Counted from the stretch's first letter, positions 9,318-19,450 are shown. The stretch is DNA of 64,000 nt from an uncultured Gammaproteobacteria bacterium (GCA_964544585.1 CAZJBV010000001.1:45330-109329), one strand, 5' to 3'. Translations and numbers: made by a program. The notes: generated by a model from the sequence alone, not told the origin.

Positions 9318-10679
9318 TTAATTTAATAATAGTTTTCTCAATAGTGCTTTTTTTTCCATTTCCAATTTAGCTGCAGGAATATGATAGATATTTGATTTAT
9401 TTGCTGACTCTCTCTCCGCGGATTTAGTGATGAGGAATGCAAATGGAGCTTGATGATGTTTTATAAATTGGACTAGTTCTTTTTCATCATCAGGAGTAAT
9501 GCGATCGCTATATTTGACTTCCCATGGTACCTTCATTCCTCCATGTGTTGTAGTTACAAAATCAACTTCATGATTTTGGAAACGAAAAAACTCTACCGGA
9601 ACAGGTAATTGTTTGAGAAAGGAATAAACATATGTTTCGACTAAATTACCTAATGATGATTGTTGGGAAAAATTTGTTGATGTAAGATATACTTTTTTTG
9701 CTGTCCGGCTTGATTTGGCAATTTTTTTTGTTTGATTATGACAAAGGTCGATAAGAAATGCTTTTTTCAACCAATCAATATATGCGCGCGTCGTACGAAT
9801 ATCCACCCCTAAATCTCTGGAAAGATTATCATATAGAAGGAGATTGCCGGAATGCTCTTTCAGATAGGCAAAGATGATTTTGAGAATGTCAGGTCGTTTT
9901 ATAGGAAATGTTTGCGGCAGATCAATCTCTATGATTTTATCTTGAATAGTCTCTAAATATTCATTCGCTTCAGCTTGTCCATATTGATGAATTACGGGTT
10001 GAGGAAATTGTCCTATTCTTAGATATTTCTCAAAGAATGTAGCCATGTATTCAGGAAAAAAGTGGCTATATTTATCTAATTTATCCCCTCTAAAATCGTT
10101 TTCATAAATTTCTTTGTGGGCTTTTTGATCAAGTTTAAGATACTCAGCGAAAGTAAGAGGCATAATTGCAATTTCCTTTAATCTACCGGCCAAACTTTCT
10201 GTCGATCTTTTCCGAATAAATAGTGAGGATGATCCACTAAGGATAAACTTCACATTTTTGGCTGTATCATAGTAAGTCTTAATGATATCTTGCCAGTAAG
10301 GGATAATCTGTATTTCATCTAGAAAAATGAAGGTAGAAGTATCAGTAACGCTCAAAGGAGTATGGAGATAGGAAGTGGCATACGTCTCTAGTATTTGACG
10401 CAATGTATCTGGTTCATTTTTGACAATGGAGCGATCGAAGGAAAAATAAAAAAGATTCCGTGGCGTGATGGATTTATTAAGGAGATGTCCAAGTATTTGC
10501 TTTATGAGAGTACTTTTGCCTACTCTACGTAGGCCGGTCAATGAGATGATCAAATCTTTTTCAAGCCAACGTAGAATTTCTGGGTAGTATGGACGGTGAA
10601 ACCAGGTTGTCTCTTGAGGTCGAAATCTAGGATCAAACCATTGCTGATTTTGATCTCTTAATAATGCTTCTAGATTCAT
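9318..10679 (-). CDS. AAA+ ATPase with DUF4143-type C-terminal domain (COG1373-like)
   Basis: Walker A GLRRVGKSTLIKQ; Walker B IFLDEIQ; paralog of 12331..13512. Confidence 0.7.
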   Translation of the reverse strand: MNLEALLRDQNQQWFDPRFRPQETTWFHRPYYPEILRWLEKDLIISLTGLRRVGKSTLIKQILGHLLNKSITPRNLFYFSFDRSIVKNEPDTLRQILETYATSYLHTPLSVTDTSTFIFLDEIQIIPYWQDIIKTYYDTAKNVKFILSGSSSLFIRKRSTESLAGRLKEIAIMPLTFAEYLKLDQKAHKEIYENDFRGDKLDKYSHFFPEYMATFFEKYLRIGQFPQPVIHQYGQAEANEYLETIQDKIIEIDLPQTFPIKRPDILKIIFAYLKEHSGNLLLYDNLSRDLGVDIRTTRAYIDWLKKAFLIDLCHNQTKKIAKSSRTAKKVYLTSTNFSQQSSLGNLVETYVYSFLKQLPVPVEFFRFQNHEVDFVTTTHGGMKVPWEVKYSDRITPDDEKELVQFIKHHQAPFAFLITKSAERESANKSNIYHIPAAKLEMEKKALLRKLLLN

Positions 10680-10690
10680 ATTTTAGATGC

Positions 10691-10719
10691 ATTATAATGT
10701 ATCTAATGTATATTGTCAA
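10691..10719 (-). promoter_or_regulatory. Consensus sigma70-like promoter TTGACA-17nt-TATAAT giving a near-leaderless transcript for the DUF4143 ATPase
   Basis: Minus-strand reading: ccTTGACAatatacattagatacatTATAATgcatctaaaaATG; ATG about 11 nt after -10, no SD. Confidence 0.5.
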
Positions 10720-10727
10720 GGCTGTAC

Positions 10728-10743
10728 TTCAGGATAGTGGCAT
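10728..10743 (+). repeat. Intergenic repeat copy 3 (ttcaggatagtggcat)
   Basis: core GGATAGTGGCA, about 10 nt upstream of the -35 of the ATPase promoter (minus strand). Confidence 0.7.
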
Positions 10744-11597
10744 TAAGTCGGACTTGCAAGAGACTGTGTACTTGTCAAAAGTACATTTTTAAAATGCTTA
10801 CTAAAGTCAGTCACTGTTAGTGGTGACTGAATAAATGGTTCTAAATCCCGTCGGACATCAGCCGGGTCTAGTTGAGTGATCTTCTTAATTAACTGCTTTA
10901 CTACTTCCTCTTTTGAGTTTACTTTTAGAGCTTTGTAGAGTCTTTCCCAACGCGGGTTTAGCTTGTTAGTTTTTTGTCTTCTCTCAAAAAACCATACTAG
11001 ATCAAATACATCCCTGCCTTTAAAGGATATAGTTTGAGTTTTGCCTTTAAAAAAATCTCGTTGTAAGAAAGCAATGATTTTATTGGTAAAAAGGCTCGAT
11101 AAGTCATATGCTTTCACAAAAAAAGTAAATTCACTTGTCGTTATCGGTTTTACTTCGGTCCTATACATACCAAGCGTCTCCAGAGAAAAATCCACTCGGA
11201 CAAAAAGTTGCGTCGCATCACTTTTGTTTTTTACCAATCCTGCTTCGGTCAAAAGATTAGGAAATTTAATAAATATGGTTTGCTTATTGCCGGCGATTTT
11301 TGATTCAATCTCCCGATATTGAAGATTCTTCGTAAAATATAATAATACTTCAGATGCAAACGTTTGGATATTAAATGGCTTTATAGAATCAAAATCAATT
11401 TCTTCAGATAGTCGAGGCAAACCATAGATTTTTCTAAGTGCAGTTCCGCCAGTAAAAATGAGTTCTTTATACAGTTTGTGATTGTAAACAAAATACAAAA
11501 TATATTCTTGCAGTGCCTCTTTTATTAAAGTTCGCAGAAATAACGGGTGTCTTCTCCCCTCTTTTTCGACGATAAGACGAATTGTATCAATAATCAT
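10743..11597 (-). CDS. AbiEii/DUF1814-family nucleotidyltransferase toxin (type IV TA / abortive infection)
   Basis: N-terminal NTase motif FTGGTALRKIYGLPRLSEEIDFD; 284 aa; 4-nt overlap with upstream AbiEi-like gene. Confidence 0.6.
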   Translation of the reverse strand: MIIDTIRLIVEKEGRRHPLFLRTLIKEALQEYILYFVYNHKLYKELIFTGGTALRKIYGLPRLSEEIDFDSIKPFNIQTFASEVLLYFTKNLQYREIESKIAGNKQTIFIKFPNLLTEAGLVKNKSDATQLFVRVDFSLETLGMYRTEVKPITTSEFTFFVKAYDLSSLFTNKIIAFLQRDFFKGKTQTISFKGRDVFDLVWFFERRQKTNKLNPRWERLYKALKVNSKEEVVKQLIKKITQLDPADVRRDLEPFIQSPLTVTDFSKHFKNVLLTSTQSLASPT

Positions 11598-12265
11598 AGT
11601 ATTCCTTCCCGCCGTAAAATCTCTCCAATTTGTTGCATTTTTGCTGATTGTGAGTCGGTTAGGGCTTTTTTTAATTTATCTTTTTCTGCAGAACCTAGAG
11701 CATCCCACTGTATTCTTCCCGTGTCAAATAAATAGTCACGCATATCTTCTGTTGATTTAAACTCCTTGAAATACAAAAAATCAAACAGCGCTTTAAATGG
11801 ATATGCTATCTTGACAGATAAACCCGTAGTACCAAATATGAGTAAGCGGTACCCAGAGTAATAATTGAAAAAATCTTCTTTGAGGCTACGATAGATGAAG
11901 GAAACTTTTTCAGTGTTGTATATACGTGATGATTTTCTTGTCACAGAGGTTATTGCATACGTAGATTCTGGAATAAGATTGTATTTAGAAAGCACATATT
12001 CAAGCGAGACGTATGATGGACTTCGAAGTGTATTGGCAATGTAAAGCCAGTAGAGCTCTGATTGTTCCGGATCTCTGATAAATCCGTCCTGGTATGGCTT
12101 GGAAATATAGAATCCTTTTTTAAGAGGGATTAAATATTGCTCACGGGTGAGCTTTTTGATCCAATAGTTAAGGTCCTCCCCTTCTTTTCCCAGCGCCACA
12201 CCCAGATTTTGTTTCTTAAAGCAGGGTACTTCTGCTAAAGTTGAGATTAGTTGTGCAGTAAGCAT
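11594..12265 (-). CDS. AbiEi-like antitoxin/transcriptional regulator (putative)
   Basis: Position and translational coupling upstream of AbiEii-like NTase; N-terminal helix-rich region compatible with wHTH; weak direct motif support. Confidence 0.45.
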   Translation of the reverse strand: MLTAQLISTLAEVPCFKKQNLGVALGKEGEDLNYWIKKLTREQYLIPLKKGFYISKPYQDGFIRDPEQSELYWLYIANTLRSPSYVSLEYVLSKYNLIPESTYAITSVTRKSSRIYNTEKVSFIYRSLKEDFFNYYSGYRLLIFGTTGLSVKIAYPFKALFDFLYFKEFKSTEDMRDYLFDTGRIQWDALGSAEKDKLKKALTDSQSAKMQQIGEILRREGIL

Positions 12266-12330
12266 ATATTCCAGAATTAGTAAATATTACTACTAATTCT
12301 AGAACAAAATGGGTTAATTGTCAAGTTAGA

Positions 12331-13512
12331 TTAAAGAACTACTGGTGATAAAAACCCAGCTTTTTCCTGAAACTTCTTTGAGATTACAAAGGGTTGAGTT
12401 ATCCCAAGTTCAGATGATAACGCTGAAAGTTTGGTGAGATCTTGCGATGTACCAGTTAACTTTATCTCAAAAGCTGTATTTTTATCTAGGATAGCATCAA
12501 TTTCGGCAGTGTTACGTTTGTTATAAAAACTTACCTTACCGTAACTTGAAAGTTGATTGATAACAGCATTTTCAAATATTTGCGCTTCACTGAATTTTCC
12601 AATCACATTTAAAAGCCCTGTATCAGTAAAATAGACCTTTTTCCCTCCTGCCACAGCTCGATCGATACTTTTGCTAAACCGAGGCAGAAGTTTGATAAAA
12701 AATGTTCCTTGTAAGAATTCAAGAAATCGGTATATCTTAACTCTATCAATAGAAAGTTCACTTGATAGACGAGTTACATCAAGCATTGATCCAACTCGAG
12801 GTACTAGAAGTAAAATCATGTCCCGAAGTTCCCGAATATCTGAGTAATCGGATAAAATTTTAATATCTTTTTCAAAAAATGAGGCAAAGATATTTTTCAA
12901 AACCATTATCTTGGTATCCTTATCTTCTGTAGTTACTACCTCTGGAAAGCCACCATATGTTAGAAAATCCTCGTATTCAGCAATCCTGCCTTTATGAGTA
13001 AAAATACTATTTTTCTTATATGCATCTTGCAAAGTAAAATTTTGAACTTCTTTCAATGAAACCACATCTTTAAAATAAAGATATTCTTGGAAGCTTAAAG
13101 GAGGGATTTCATACAGGAATTTACGACCAGACAGTGATTCAGGAAATAGATTTTTAAGATAAAAGCTGGAAGAACCTGTTAAATAAAATTTAATGTTATG
13201 ATGGTCAATAAGATACTTAATGACTTTGGTAATTTCAGGGAAATTTTGAATTTCATCAATAAATACTGATAATTTGCCTTTCTTTTTTCCCATATCAGTC
13301 AGTCTTTTATAGATTACATTATAATCTTGATCTTCAAAGACTTTCTGATCGAGCGGGTTGTCAAAATCAAACCACAATTTTGGCTCTTTGACTTCCTCAA
13401 AGACTTGACGCATGAGGGTAGTCTTCCCAACCTGCCGCATTCCAGTAATAAGTAGTGCGTTTTTGTGATTAAGATACTTTACTAATTCGTAATATAAGAG
13501 CCTCTTTCTCAT
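12331..13512 (-). CDS. AAA+ ATPase with DUF4143-type C-terminal domain (COG1373-like), paralog
   Basis: Walker A GMRQVGKTTLMRQV; Walker B VFIDEIQ. Confidence 0.7.
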   Translation of the reverse strand: MRKRLLYYELVKYLNHKNALLITGMRQVGKTTLMRQVFEEVKEPKLWFDFDNPLDQKVFEDQDYNVIYKRLTDMGKKKGKLSVFIDEIQNFPEITKVIKYLIDHHNIKFYLTGSSSFYLKNLFPESLSGRKFLYEIPPLSFQEYLYFKDVVSLKEVQNFTLQDAYKKNSIFTHKGRIAEYEDFLTYGGFPEVVTTEDKDTKIMVLKNIFASFFEKDIKILSDYSDIRELRDMILLLVPRVGSMLDVTRLSSELSIDRVKIYRFLEFLQGTFFIKLLPRFSKSIDRAVAGGKKVYFTDTGLLNVIGKFSEAQIFENAVINQLSSYGKVSFYNKRNTAEIDAILDKNTAFEIKLTGTSQDLTKLSALSSELGITQPFVISKKFQEKAGFLSPVVL

Positions 13513-13559
13513 AGTGTAAATATATTATTACAAATCTGCACAAATTTGTAAAGTAATGT

Positions 13560-16244
13560 TTACACCCCTAATTGCGGGTAGTGGCATTTTTTCCATTTTT
13601 TACCCGACCCGCACCAGCAGGGGTCGTTGCGGCCGAGTTTTTTATTAGTTTGTGGTTTGTAGTTTGTAGGTTGTAGTTTATCTGCTTGTTTCTGAATGGG
13701 TGTTTGTTGCTCGCGGCGCATTTGTTGGAGTTGGTCCGGAGCGAGCTGGACCTGGACTTTGAATATTCTTTGGGTTATTTCGCTGTCGATTGCGAGAACG
13801 AGTCTTTCAAACATATCAAAGGCCTCATTTTTGTACTCGACTAGTGGGTCTCTCTGGCCATAACCGCGAAGGCCAATGCCTTCACGAAGGGTGTCGATGG
13901 CATCTAGATGATCCATCCAGAGATTGTCAACCACTTGAAGCATGACCCATTTTTCGACCTGCCTGGCTACAGCTTGCGTGAGTTGTTTTTCTCTCTGAAT
14001 GTATACGTCATGAACTAATTTATTTAAAAATAAAATAATATCTTCCTCAGTTTTATTTTGGGCAATTTTTTTGCTTAATTCCTCTTGTGAACGTGGATCA
14101 AAAGGAACAATCGAGGAAAATTCTGTAATAATTTCTTTTCTCTCATTCTCTGAGATACCACTTGCTGAGTGTACAGTAACGATGCGACTAATACTATTTT
14201 CCAGTTTTTCGATTATCATGGATTTGAGATTATTTCCTTCGAGTATTTTTTTTCTTAAGCCGTAAACTATTTCCCTTTGCTTATTGAGGACATCATCGTA
14301 TTCGACCAGATGCTTTCTTGAATCGAAATGAAAACCTTCTACTTTGACTTGGGCTTGTTCTATGGCGCGGCTCACCATGGCATGTTCGAGAGGAACGTCT
14401 TCCGGCAATTTAAAAATAGTCATCAATTTAGCCACTTGATCACCGCCAAAAAGGCGCATAATATCGTCATCGAGGGCAACATAGAATCTGGTCGAGCCCG
14501 GATCTCCTTGTCTTCCCGATCTTCCCCGCAGCTGATTGTCTATCCTTCTTGACTCGTGACGTTCTGTGCCGATGACATGGAGGCCGCCAAAAGAAACTAC
14601 TTCATCATGATTTTTCTGCCATCCATCATGGAGTTGTTTATATTCTTTATTTTTTTCACCACCCTCACTTAAGTATTTATCCGGCGGGAAACCGCCAAGG
14701 ATAATATCGACTCCGCGGCCGGCCATGTTGGTGGCTACAGTTACCGCACCTTTTTTGCCGGCATCGGCGATAAACATGGCTTCTTTTTCATGATTTTTGG
14801 CGTTTAGTAAATTGTGAGGAATGCCTTTTCTTCTTAAGAGTTCTGAAAGATATTCATTTTTTTCAATAGAAGTTGTACCTACTAGTACGGGTTGACCTCT
14901 TTTATATGAATCTTCGATATCTTTGACGACTGCATCAAATTTGGCTTTTGACGTTTTATAGACGCTATCCGGATAGTCGGTCCGTATCATTGGCTTATTT
15001 GTAGGAATTACAACAACATCCAGGTTATATATTTTGTGAAACTCTTCTGCCTCTGTAGCTGCAGTACCGGTCATGCCGGCGAGTTTTTCATACATTCTGA
15101 AATAGTTTTGCAGTGAAACTGTGGCGAGAGTTTTAGATTCCTGCTGGATGGGAACGCCTTCTTTGGCTTCTATGGCTTGATGCAATCCTTCGGAAAAACG
15201 TCGGCCGTGAAGAAGTCTTCCTGTAAATTCATCGACGATAATTACTTGATTGTCTTTGACGACATATTCTTTATCTATGTGGAATAGAGATTTGGCTTTG
15301 AGGGCAGCCTCCATATGATGGACGACTTCAAAATCTTTTTCGTATAGATTTTCTACTCCTAAAAGTTTTTCCACTTTTTCGATACCTTTTTCGGTTAAAT
15401 GAGCGGTGTGCATTTTTTCGTCGACGATAAATGATTCTCCCTCTTGTGAGACTCGATCGATTATTTTGGCATATTCGTAATACTTTTGGGTTGGTTCAGT
15501 ATCGGGAGCAGAAATGATATGAGGTGTACGAGCTTCATCGATCAAGACTGAGTCAACTTCATCAACTACTGCGTAATGGAATCCTCGTTGTGACATCTGG
15601 GAAATGTCGGAAACCATATTGTCGCGAAGGTAATCAAAACCAAATTCGCTGTTGATACCGTAAGTAACATCTGCTTTGTAAGCTTCTTTTCTTGTAATCT
15701 GCTTTAGGTTTCGGAGTCTCCAGTCTGTAGCAGAATTATCAGTAAAATCTGGATCAAATATAAAGGATTGGTCGTGAATAATGGCGGAGACGGAAACTCC
15801 CAAAAGATGAAAAATCGGCCCCATCCAGCCAGCATCACGTCTGGCTAGGTAATCGTTGACAGTGACAAGATGGACGCCTCTTCCGGTCAACGAGTTTAGG
15901 TAGAGTGCGGGAATGGCTGATAGAGTTTTTCCTTCTCCCGTTTTTTGCTCGGCGACGGCTCCTCGATGGAGGGTGTATGCAGCAACTAGCTGGACTTCAT
16001 AATGTTTTTCACCTATGGTTTTTTTGGCTGCTTCTCGGACGAGGGCGAATGCTTCGGGAAGAATATCATCAAGAGTTTCGCCTTTTGCCAGTCGACTTTT
16101 AAACTCGGCTGTTTTTTCCTTGAATTCGTCTTTTTTAAGCTTTGCCATTTGTTCGTCAAGAGAAAGGATCCTATCAATTGTAGGCTTTATTCTAACTATT
16201 TCTTTTTGATTTGCATCGAGGAATCGGGAGAGAAATTTGAACAT
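13560..16244 (-). CDS. secA: Preprotein translocase ATPase SecA
   Basis: 894 aa; DEAD-like motor motifs (GEGKTL, VDEVDS), C-terminal zinc-binding CWCGSGKKWKKCH. Confidence 0.95.
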   Translation of the reverse strand: MFKFLSRFLDANQKEIVRIKPTIDRILSLDEQMAKLKKDEFKEKTAEFKSRLAKGETLDDILPEAFALVREAAKKTIGEKHYEVQLVAAYTLHRGAVAEQKTGEGKTLSAIPALYLNSLTGRGVHLVTVNDYLARRDAGWMGPIFHLLGVSVSAIIHDQSFIFDPDFTDNSATDWRLRNLKQITRKEAYKADVTYGINSEFGFDYLRDNMVSDISQMSQRGFHYAVVDEVDSVLIDEARTPHIISAPDTEPTQKYYEYAKIIDRVSQEGESFIVDEKMHTAHLTEKGIEKVEKLLGVENLYEKDFEVVHHMEAALKAKSLFHIDKEYVVKDNQVIIVDEFTGRLLHGRRFSEGLHQAIEAKEGVPIQQESKTLATVSLQNYFRMYEKLAGMTGTAATEAEEFHKIYNLDVVVIPTNKPMIRTDYPDSVYKTSKAKFDAVVKDIEDSYKRGQPVLVGTTSIEKNEYLSELLRRKGIPHNLLNAKNHEKEAMFIADAGKKGAVTVATNMAGRGVDIILGGFPPDKYLSEGGEKNKEYKQLHDGWQKNHDEVVSFGGLHVIGTERHESRRIDNQLRGRSGRQGDPGSTRFYVALDDDIMRLFGGDQVAKLMTIFKLPEDVPLEHAMVSRAIEQAQVKVEGFHFDSRKHLVEYDDVLNKQREIVYGLRKKILEGNNLKSMIIEKLENSISRIVTVHSASGISENERKEIITEFSSIVPFDPRSQEELSKKIAQNKTEEDIILFLNKLVHDVYIQREKQLTQAVARQVEKWVMLQVVDNLWMDHLDAIDTLREGIGLRGYGQRDPLVEYKNEAFDMFERLVLAIDSEITQRIFKVQVQLAPDQLQQMRREQQTPIQKQADKLQPTNYKPQTNKKLGRNDPCWCGSGKKWKKCHYPQLGV
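13576..13602 (+). repeat. Intergenic repeat copy 4 (gggtagtggcattttttccatttttta)
   Basis: 24-bp perfect direct repeat of copy 1; lies between secA stop and second DUF4143 ATPase start. Confidence 0.85.
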
Positions 16245-16289
16245 AGCTTGAAACTATTCATTTTATCACGTTGGAGGCTAAATGGCTAC

Positions 16290-16931
16290 TTATTTCCAGC
16301 AAAAGATGAGGTGGTTGATAATGGGAGTTTGGACCAAAACAGTTGAGAATTCCTGTTTTAGTTTTTTTATATATTCTTCTATTTCTAATTTATTGTCTTT
16401 ATTTCTTAATCTATTAATAATAACTACTCCATTTGTGTTTAAAATATTTTTTAAATCTTTAATAAAAGATTTATGAGTTAGTTGCGGAGGTATATTTTTG
16501 CCGATGTAGAGATCGATGAGGATAAGATCAAATTTTTTTGTGTTATTTTTTTTGACCCAATTTATGACGTCGGAGATGATAATATTTACATTTTTTGCAT
16601 TATCTAAGTTAAAGTATTTTTGGCCAAGTTTTGTCATCAGTGGGTCTATTTCTATACCAGTAATTTTTGCATGCGGGTAGTATTTATTAATTAATTGAAT
16701 AATTGTTCCACCTCCGACGCCTAAAACCAAACAAGTTCGTAGTGGGTAGTTGGTAGTTTGTAGTTCTTTAAGGCCTGATTCCCAAAGATTTTTGACCAGG
16801 CTGCCGCTTTGGGAGAGTCCGGCGACATGGATTGAATAATTATTCCAGAATTTAACTATTTTTATTTTTCCGTTTAGGGGAGAATTTATTTCTTCTATAG
16901 TCTGTGGAAACAAGAATGAGAGTAATTTCAT
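16290..16931 (-). CDS. Spermidine synthase-like / class I SAM-dependent methyltransferase-fold protein
   Basis: Rossmann MTase motif VLGVGGGT, acidic IEIDP and DLILIDLY segments resembling polyamine aminopropyltransferases. Confidence 0.45.
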   Translation of the reverse strand: MKLLSFLFPQTIEEINSPLNGKIKIVKFWNNYSIHVAGLSQSGSLVKNLWESGLKELQTTNYPLRTCLVLGVGGGTIIQLINKYYPHAKITGIEIDPLMTKLGQKYFNLDNAKNVNIIISDVINWVKKNNTKKFDLILIDLYIGKNIPPQLTHKSFIKDLKNILNTNGVVIINRLRNKDNKLEIEEYIKKLKQEFSTVLVQTPIINHLIFCWK

Positions 16932-16948
16932 TGTTAGGGTAGTTAGGG

Positions 16949-18025
16949 TCAGACCTTGAAGTATTTAAGGTCTGACCCTGTTCTGACCCCTGTTCTGGCC
17001 CTGATGATGGCAATTTCGATTAGTTTCTTGAGAAATTGGGGATATGAAAATCCCGCTGTTTTTGCTGATCGCACTGCTCCATCTTCAGGGCCTATGCCTG
17101 GATTGACATTTATTTCCAAAAAATATGGCTTGTTTTTTTCATCAAGTCTGATATCAATTCTGGCGTAATCGCGGCAGCCGGATGAATTATACGCTTCTAG
17201 TGCATATTTTTTAATCTTTTTAATAATTTCATTATCTAGTTTTGCTGGGCAGATGCCGACCGTTTCATTATAATTTTCTGATTCTTCGATCCATTTTGCT
17301 TCAAAATCAACTATTTTCCATTTGCCTTTTTTTTCAAAAGTTGGGCCAAAAATTATTTCGGATATGGGAAGCATGATAGCATCTTTACCATTACCTACAA
17401 TTGTGACATTAAGTTCTCTGGTGTTGATGAATTTTTCCACCAGGACTGGTTCTCTATACTGTTGTAAAAGCTGCAATACTTTATGTTGTAATTGACTCTC
17501 GTTTGTAATTACGGCATCGGAATGGATTCCCAAACTGCAATCTTGGTAACCAGGTTTTACTATCAAAGGATATTTTAGATGACCATTTATGACTTTATCT
17601 TGTGGGGTAAAAACTTCATAAGCTGGGGTAGGAATTTTAAATTTCTGAAAAAGTTTTTTGGTGGCGATTTTATCTGTGGTGAGAATGATTGATTTATCAG
17701 AAGCTCCGGTATATGGCAAAGCTATTTTTTCTAATAATTTAGGGATTTCTTGCTCTGTTTTAGGGATTGAACCAATTCCGTAACAAAGATTAAAGAAAAA
17801 ATCTGTTTTATAAGTTAAGAGATCGGTATAATTTTTTTCATTTACTTCTAATAGTTCAACATTTAATTTTTCTTTTTGGAGTGTTTTGAATATGGCGTGG
17901 GCGGTTTTTACGGTATCGTCATCGGCGAGAATATCTTGGGGCGATCCTATGGATATACTTTTTACCTGATTATACAAAATGGTTATTTTGTATGAAGACA
18001 GATTGTGAGCAGGTGTTTGTATCAT
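16949..18025 (-). CDS. ATP-grasp ligase, D-alanine--D-alanine ligase family
   Basis: Ddl-like layout: N-domain, central PLIVKPGYQDCSLGI, C-terminal ATP-grasp YFLEINVNPG. Confidence 0.55.
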   Translation of the reverse strand: MIQTPAHNLSSYKITILYNQVKSISIGSPQDILADDDTVKTAHAIFKTLQKEKLNVELLEVNEKNYTDLLTYKTDFFFNLCYGIGSIPKTEQEIPKLLEKIALPYTGASDKSIILTTDKIATKKLFQKFKIPTPAYEVFTPQDKVINGHLKYPLIVKPGYQDCSLGIHSDAVITNESQLQHKVLQLLQQYREPVLVEKFINTRELNVTIVGNGKDAIMLPISEIIFGPTFEKKGKWKIVDFEAKWIEESENYNETVGICPAKLDNEIIKKIKKYALEAYNSSGCRDYARIDIRLDEKNKPYFLEINVNPGIGPEDGAVRSAKTAGFSYPQFLKKLIEIAIIRARTGVRTGSDLKYFKV

Positions 18026-18066
18026 TTTGAATCACAGGGAAAGAATAGATTTATTTTATTTAGTTG

Positions 18067-19449
18067 TCAAGGGCGAGAGGGATTACGTAGAGATTCGAGT
18101 TCCTCTTCGTAGATCTTCATGAGTGGTTTTGTTAAATCATAAGTGAGAGTTTTGGTAGTATGAATGCCGAAATAAATTTTGCGCAATTTCTTTTCTTTGT
18201 GCTTGGCGATTTTGAGAAATTTTTTGATAAAAAGATCCATTAGCGGACCTTTTACACCTTTTTGATAAGCCATGAGAAAGGCAAGCAATTGCTCGTCGCG
18301 ACCTATACCACTTTCGGCATAGGCACTATCTTTAACACCATCTCCATTAGAAAAAATTGTATATAATTTCTTTTTTTTATTAAGTAGCATATTTTCGGTA
18401 AAACCTACTCGCCTGGGATTTATACCTAGGGCGAGCATAAAAATATAAATCCTGGCGCATTTGGTGCATACTCCGCACCATCGTTTGGTCTTTGCCTGGT
18501 CCTCGTCGGCAAAACAGGACATTTGGTATTTGGCAATTTGAGGATATCGATAGTGAAGTATCTTCATAATAGCCAATTCGTGAATTGGTTCGACAAGAGA
18601 AGCAAAAATGGAATTTGATCCCATCACTTTGGCGATGGCATTGCTTGATAGGAGCCATTCGCAACTTTGTTCAAAAACGGGGTTGACGCGGTAACCATCT
18701 TCATCGGTAAATACTTCATTACAACTAGCCTCATTTGCCCAAAAAAGGTACTTACTGCGAGTACCGAAAATGTAAGGAATAAGAAGCAAAGTGTACTGGG
18801 TGAGAAGTAAATCCCATCCCCACCATTTGCCTGTTGTTTGCCGCAGCCATCCGGGGGTGACGGGAAAGATATTGACGTCGATATCGAATTCATCAAAAAA
18901 TCTTTGGGCAAGGCGATATTTGTGTCTATTTTCATAGGGACTTCTGGGTTCGCGGAAAAAAATTGGGTATGGTTCTATACTCAATTCTTTGGAGAGGGCA
19001 AATGTAAGTAAACTATCTTTGCCGAATGAAAAAGGAATGATTGATCTTTTGGTACTATTTCGATTGACATTTTTAAAACGTGCGTATCGAGGGCGTTTTC
19101 CAAACTCGATTTTAAAATGAGTATTATAAAGTTTTTTGAGAAGAGTCCCCATGGTGACGTTGCTTTCTGTGAGTGAGGTTTCGGGTAGAGAATAAACCAT
19201 ACCTTTGAAGAAAAATGATTCTGTTGGCGGCGGAGGAAAGTTATAGATAAGTTTTTTATGATTAGTGAGGCTAAGATGCATGGTCAAAAAATAAGTGACG
19301 GAGTCGGCAAAGTTTTGGCGGTAGACGTCAGGAAATTGCCTCCAAATGGATTGAGGATATGTCAGGAAGTAATCTTTTCTCCCGAGAGAAATTTCGATGC
19401 CATTGTGTAAAACTTTGCGACGGATGTGCAGTTCTCCGTTTTTGACCAT
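18067..19449 (-). CDS. PP-loop-like ATP pyrophosphatase superfamily protein with C-terminal Cys cluster (function unknown)
   Basis: SFGKDS (SGGxDS-like PP-loop) motif; C-terminal CFADEDQAKTKRWCGVCTKC cysteine cluster. Confidence 0.35.
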   Translation of the reverse strand: MVKNGELHIRRKVLHNGIEISLGRKDYFLTYPQSIWRQFPDVYRQNFADSVTYFLTMHLSLTNHKKLIYNFPPPPTESFFFKGMVYSLPETSLTESNVTMGTLLKKLYNTHFKIEFGKRPRYARFKNVNRNSTKRSIIPFSFGKDSLLTFALSKELSIEPYPIFFREPRSPYENRHKYRLAQRFFDEFDIDVNIFPVTPGWLRQTTGKWWGWDLLLTQYTLLLIPYIFGTRSKYLFWANEASCNEVFTDEDGYRVNPVFEQSCEWLLSSNAIAKVMGSNSIFASLVEPIHELAIMKILHYRYPQIAKYQMSCFADEDQAKTKRWCGVCTKCARIYIFMLALGINPRRVGFTENMLLNKKKKLYTIFSNGDGVKDSAYAESGIGRDEQLLAFLMAYQKGVKGPLMDLFIKKFLKIAKHKEKKLRKIYFGIHTTKTLTYDLTKPLMKIYEEELESLRNPSRP

Positions 19450-19450
19450 G

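Noticed and set aside
13603-13645. GC-rich hairpin near secA 3' end as a terminator or ncRNA
   Set aside because: It lies within the secA coding sequence (the C-terminal zinc-finger codons), so it is not an independent element.
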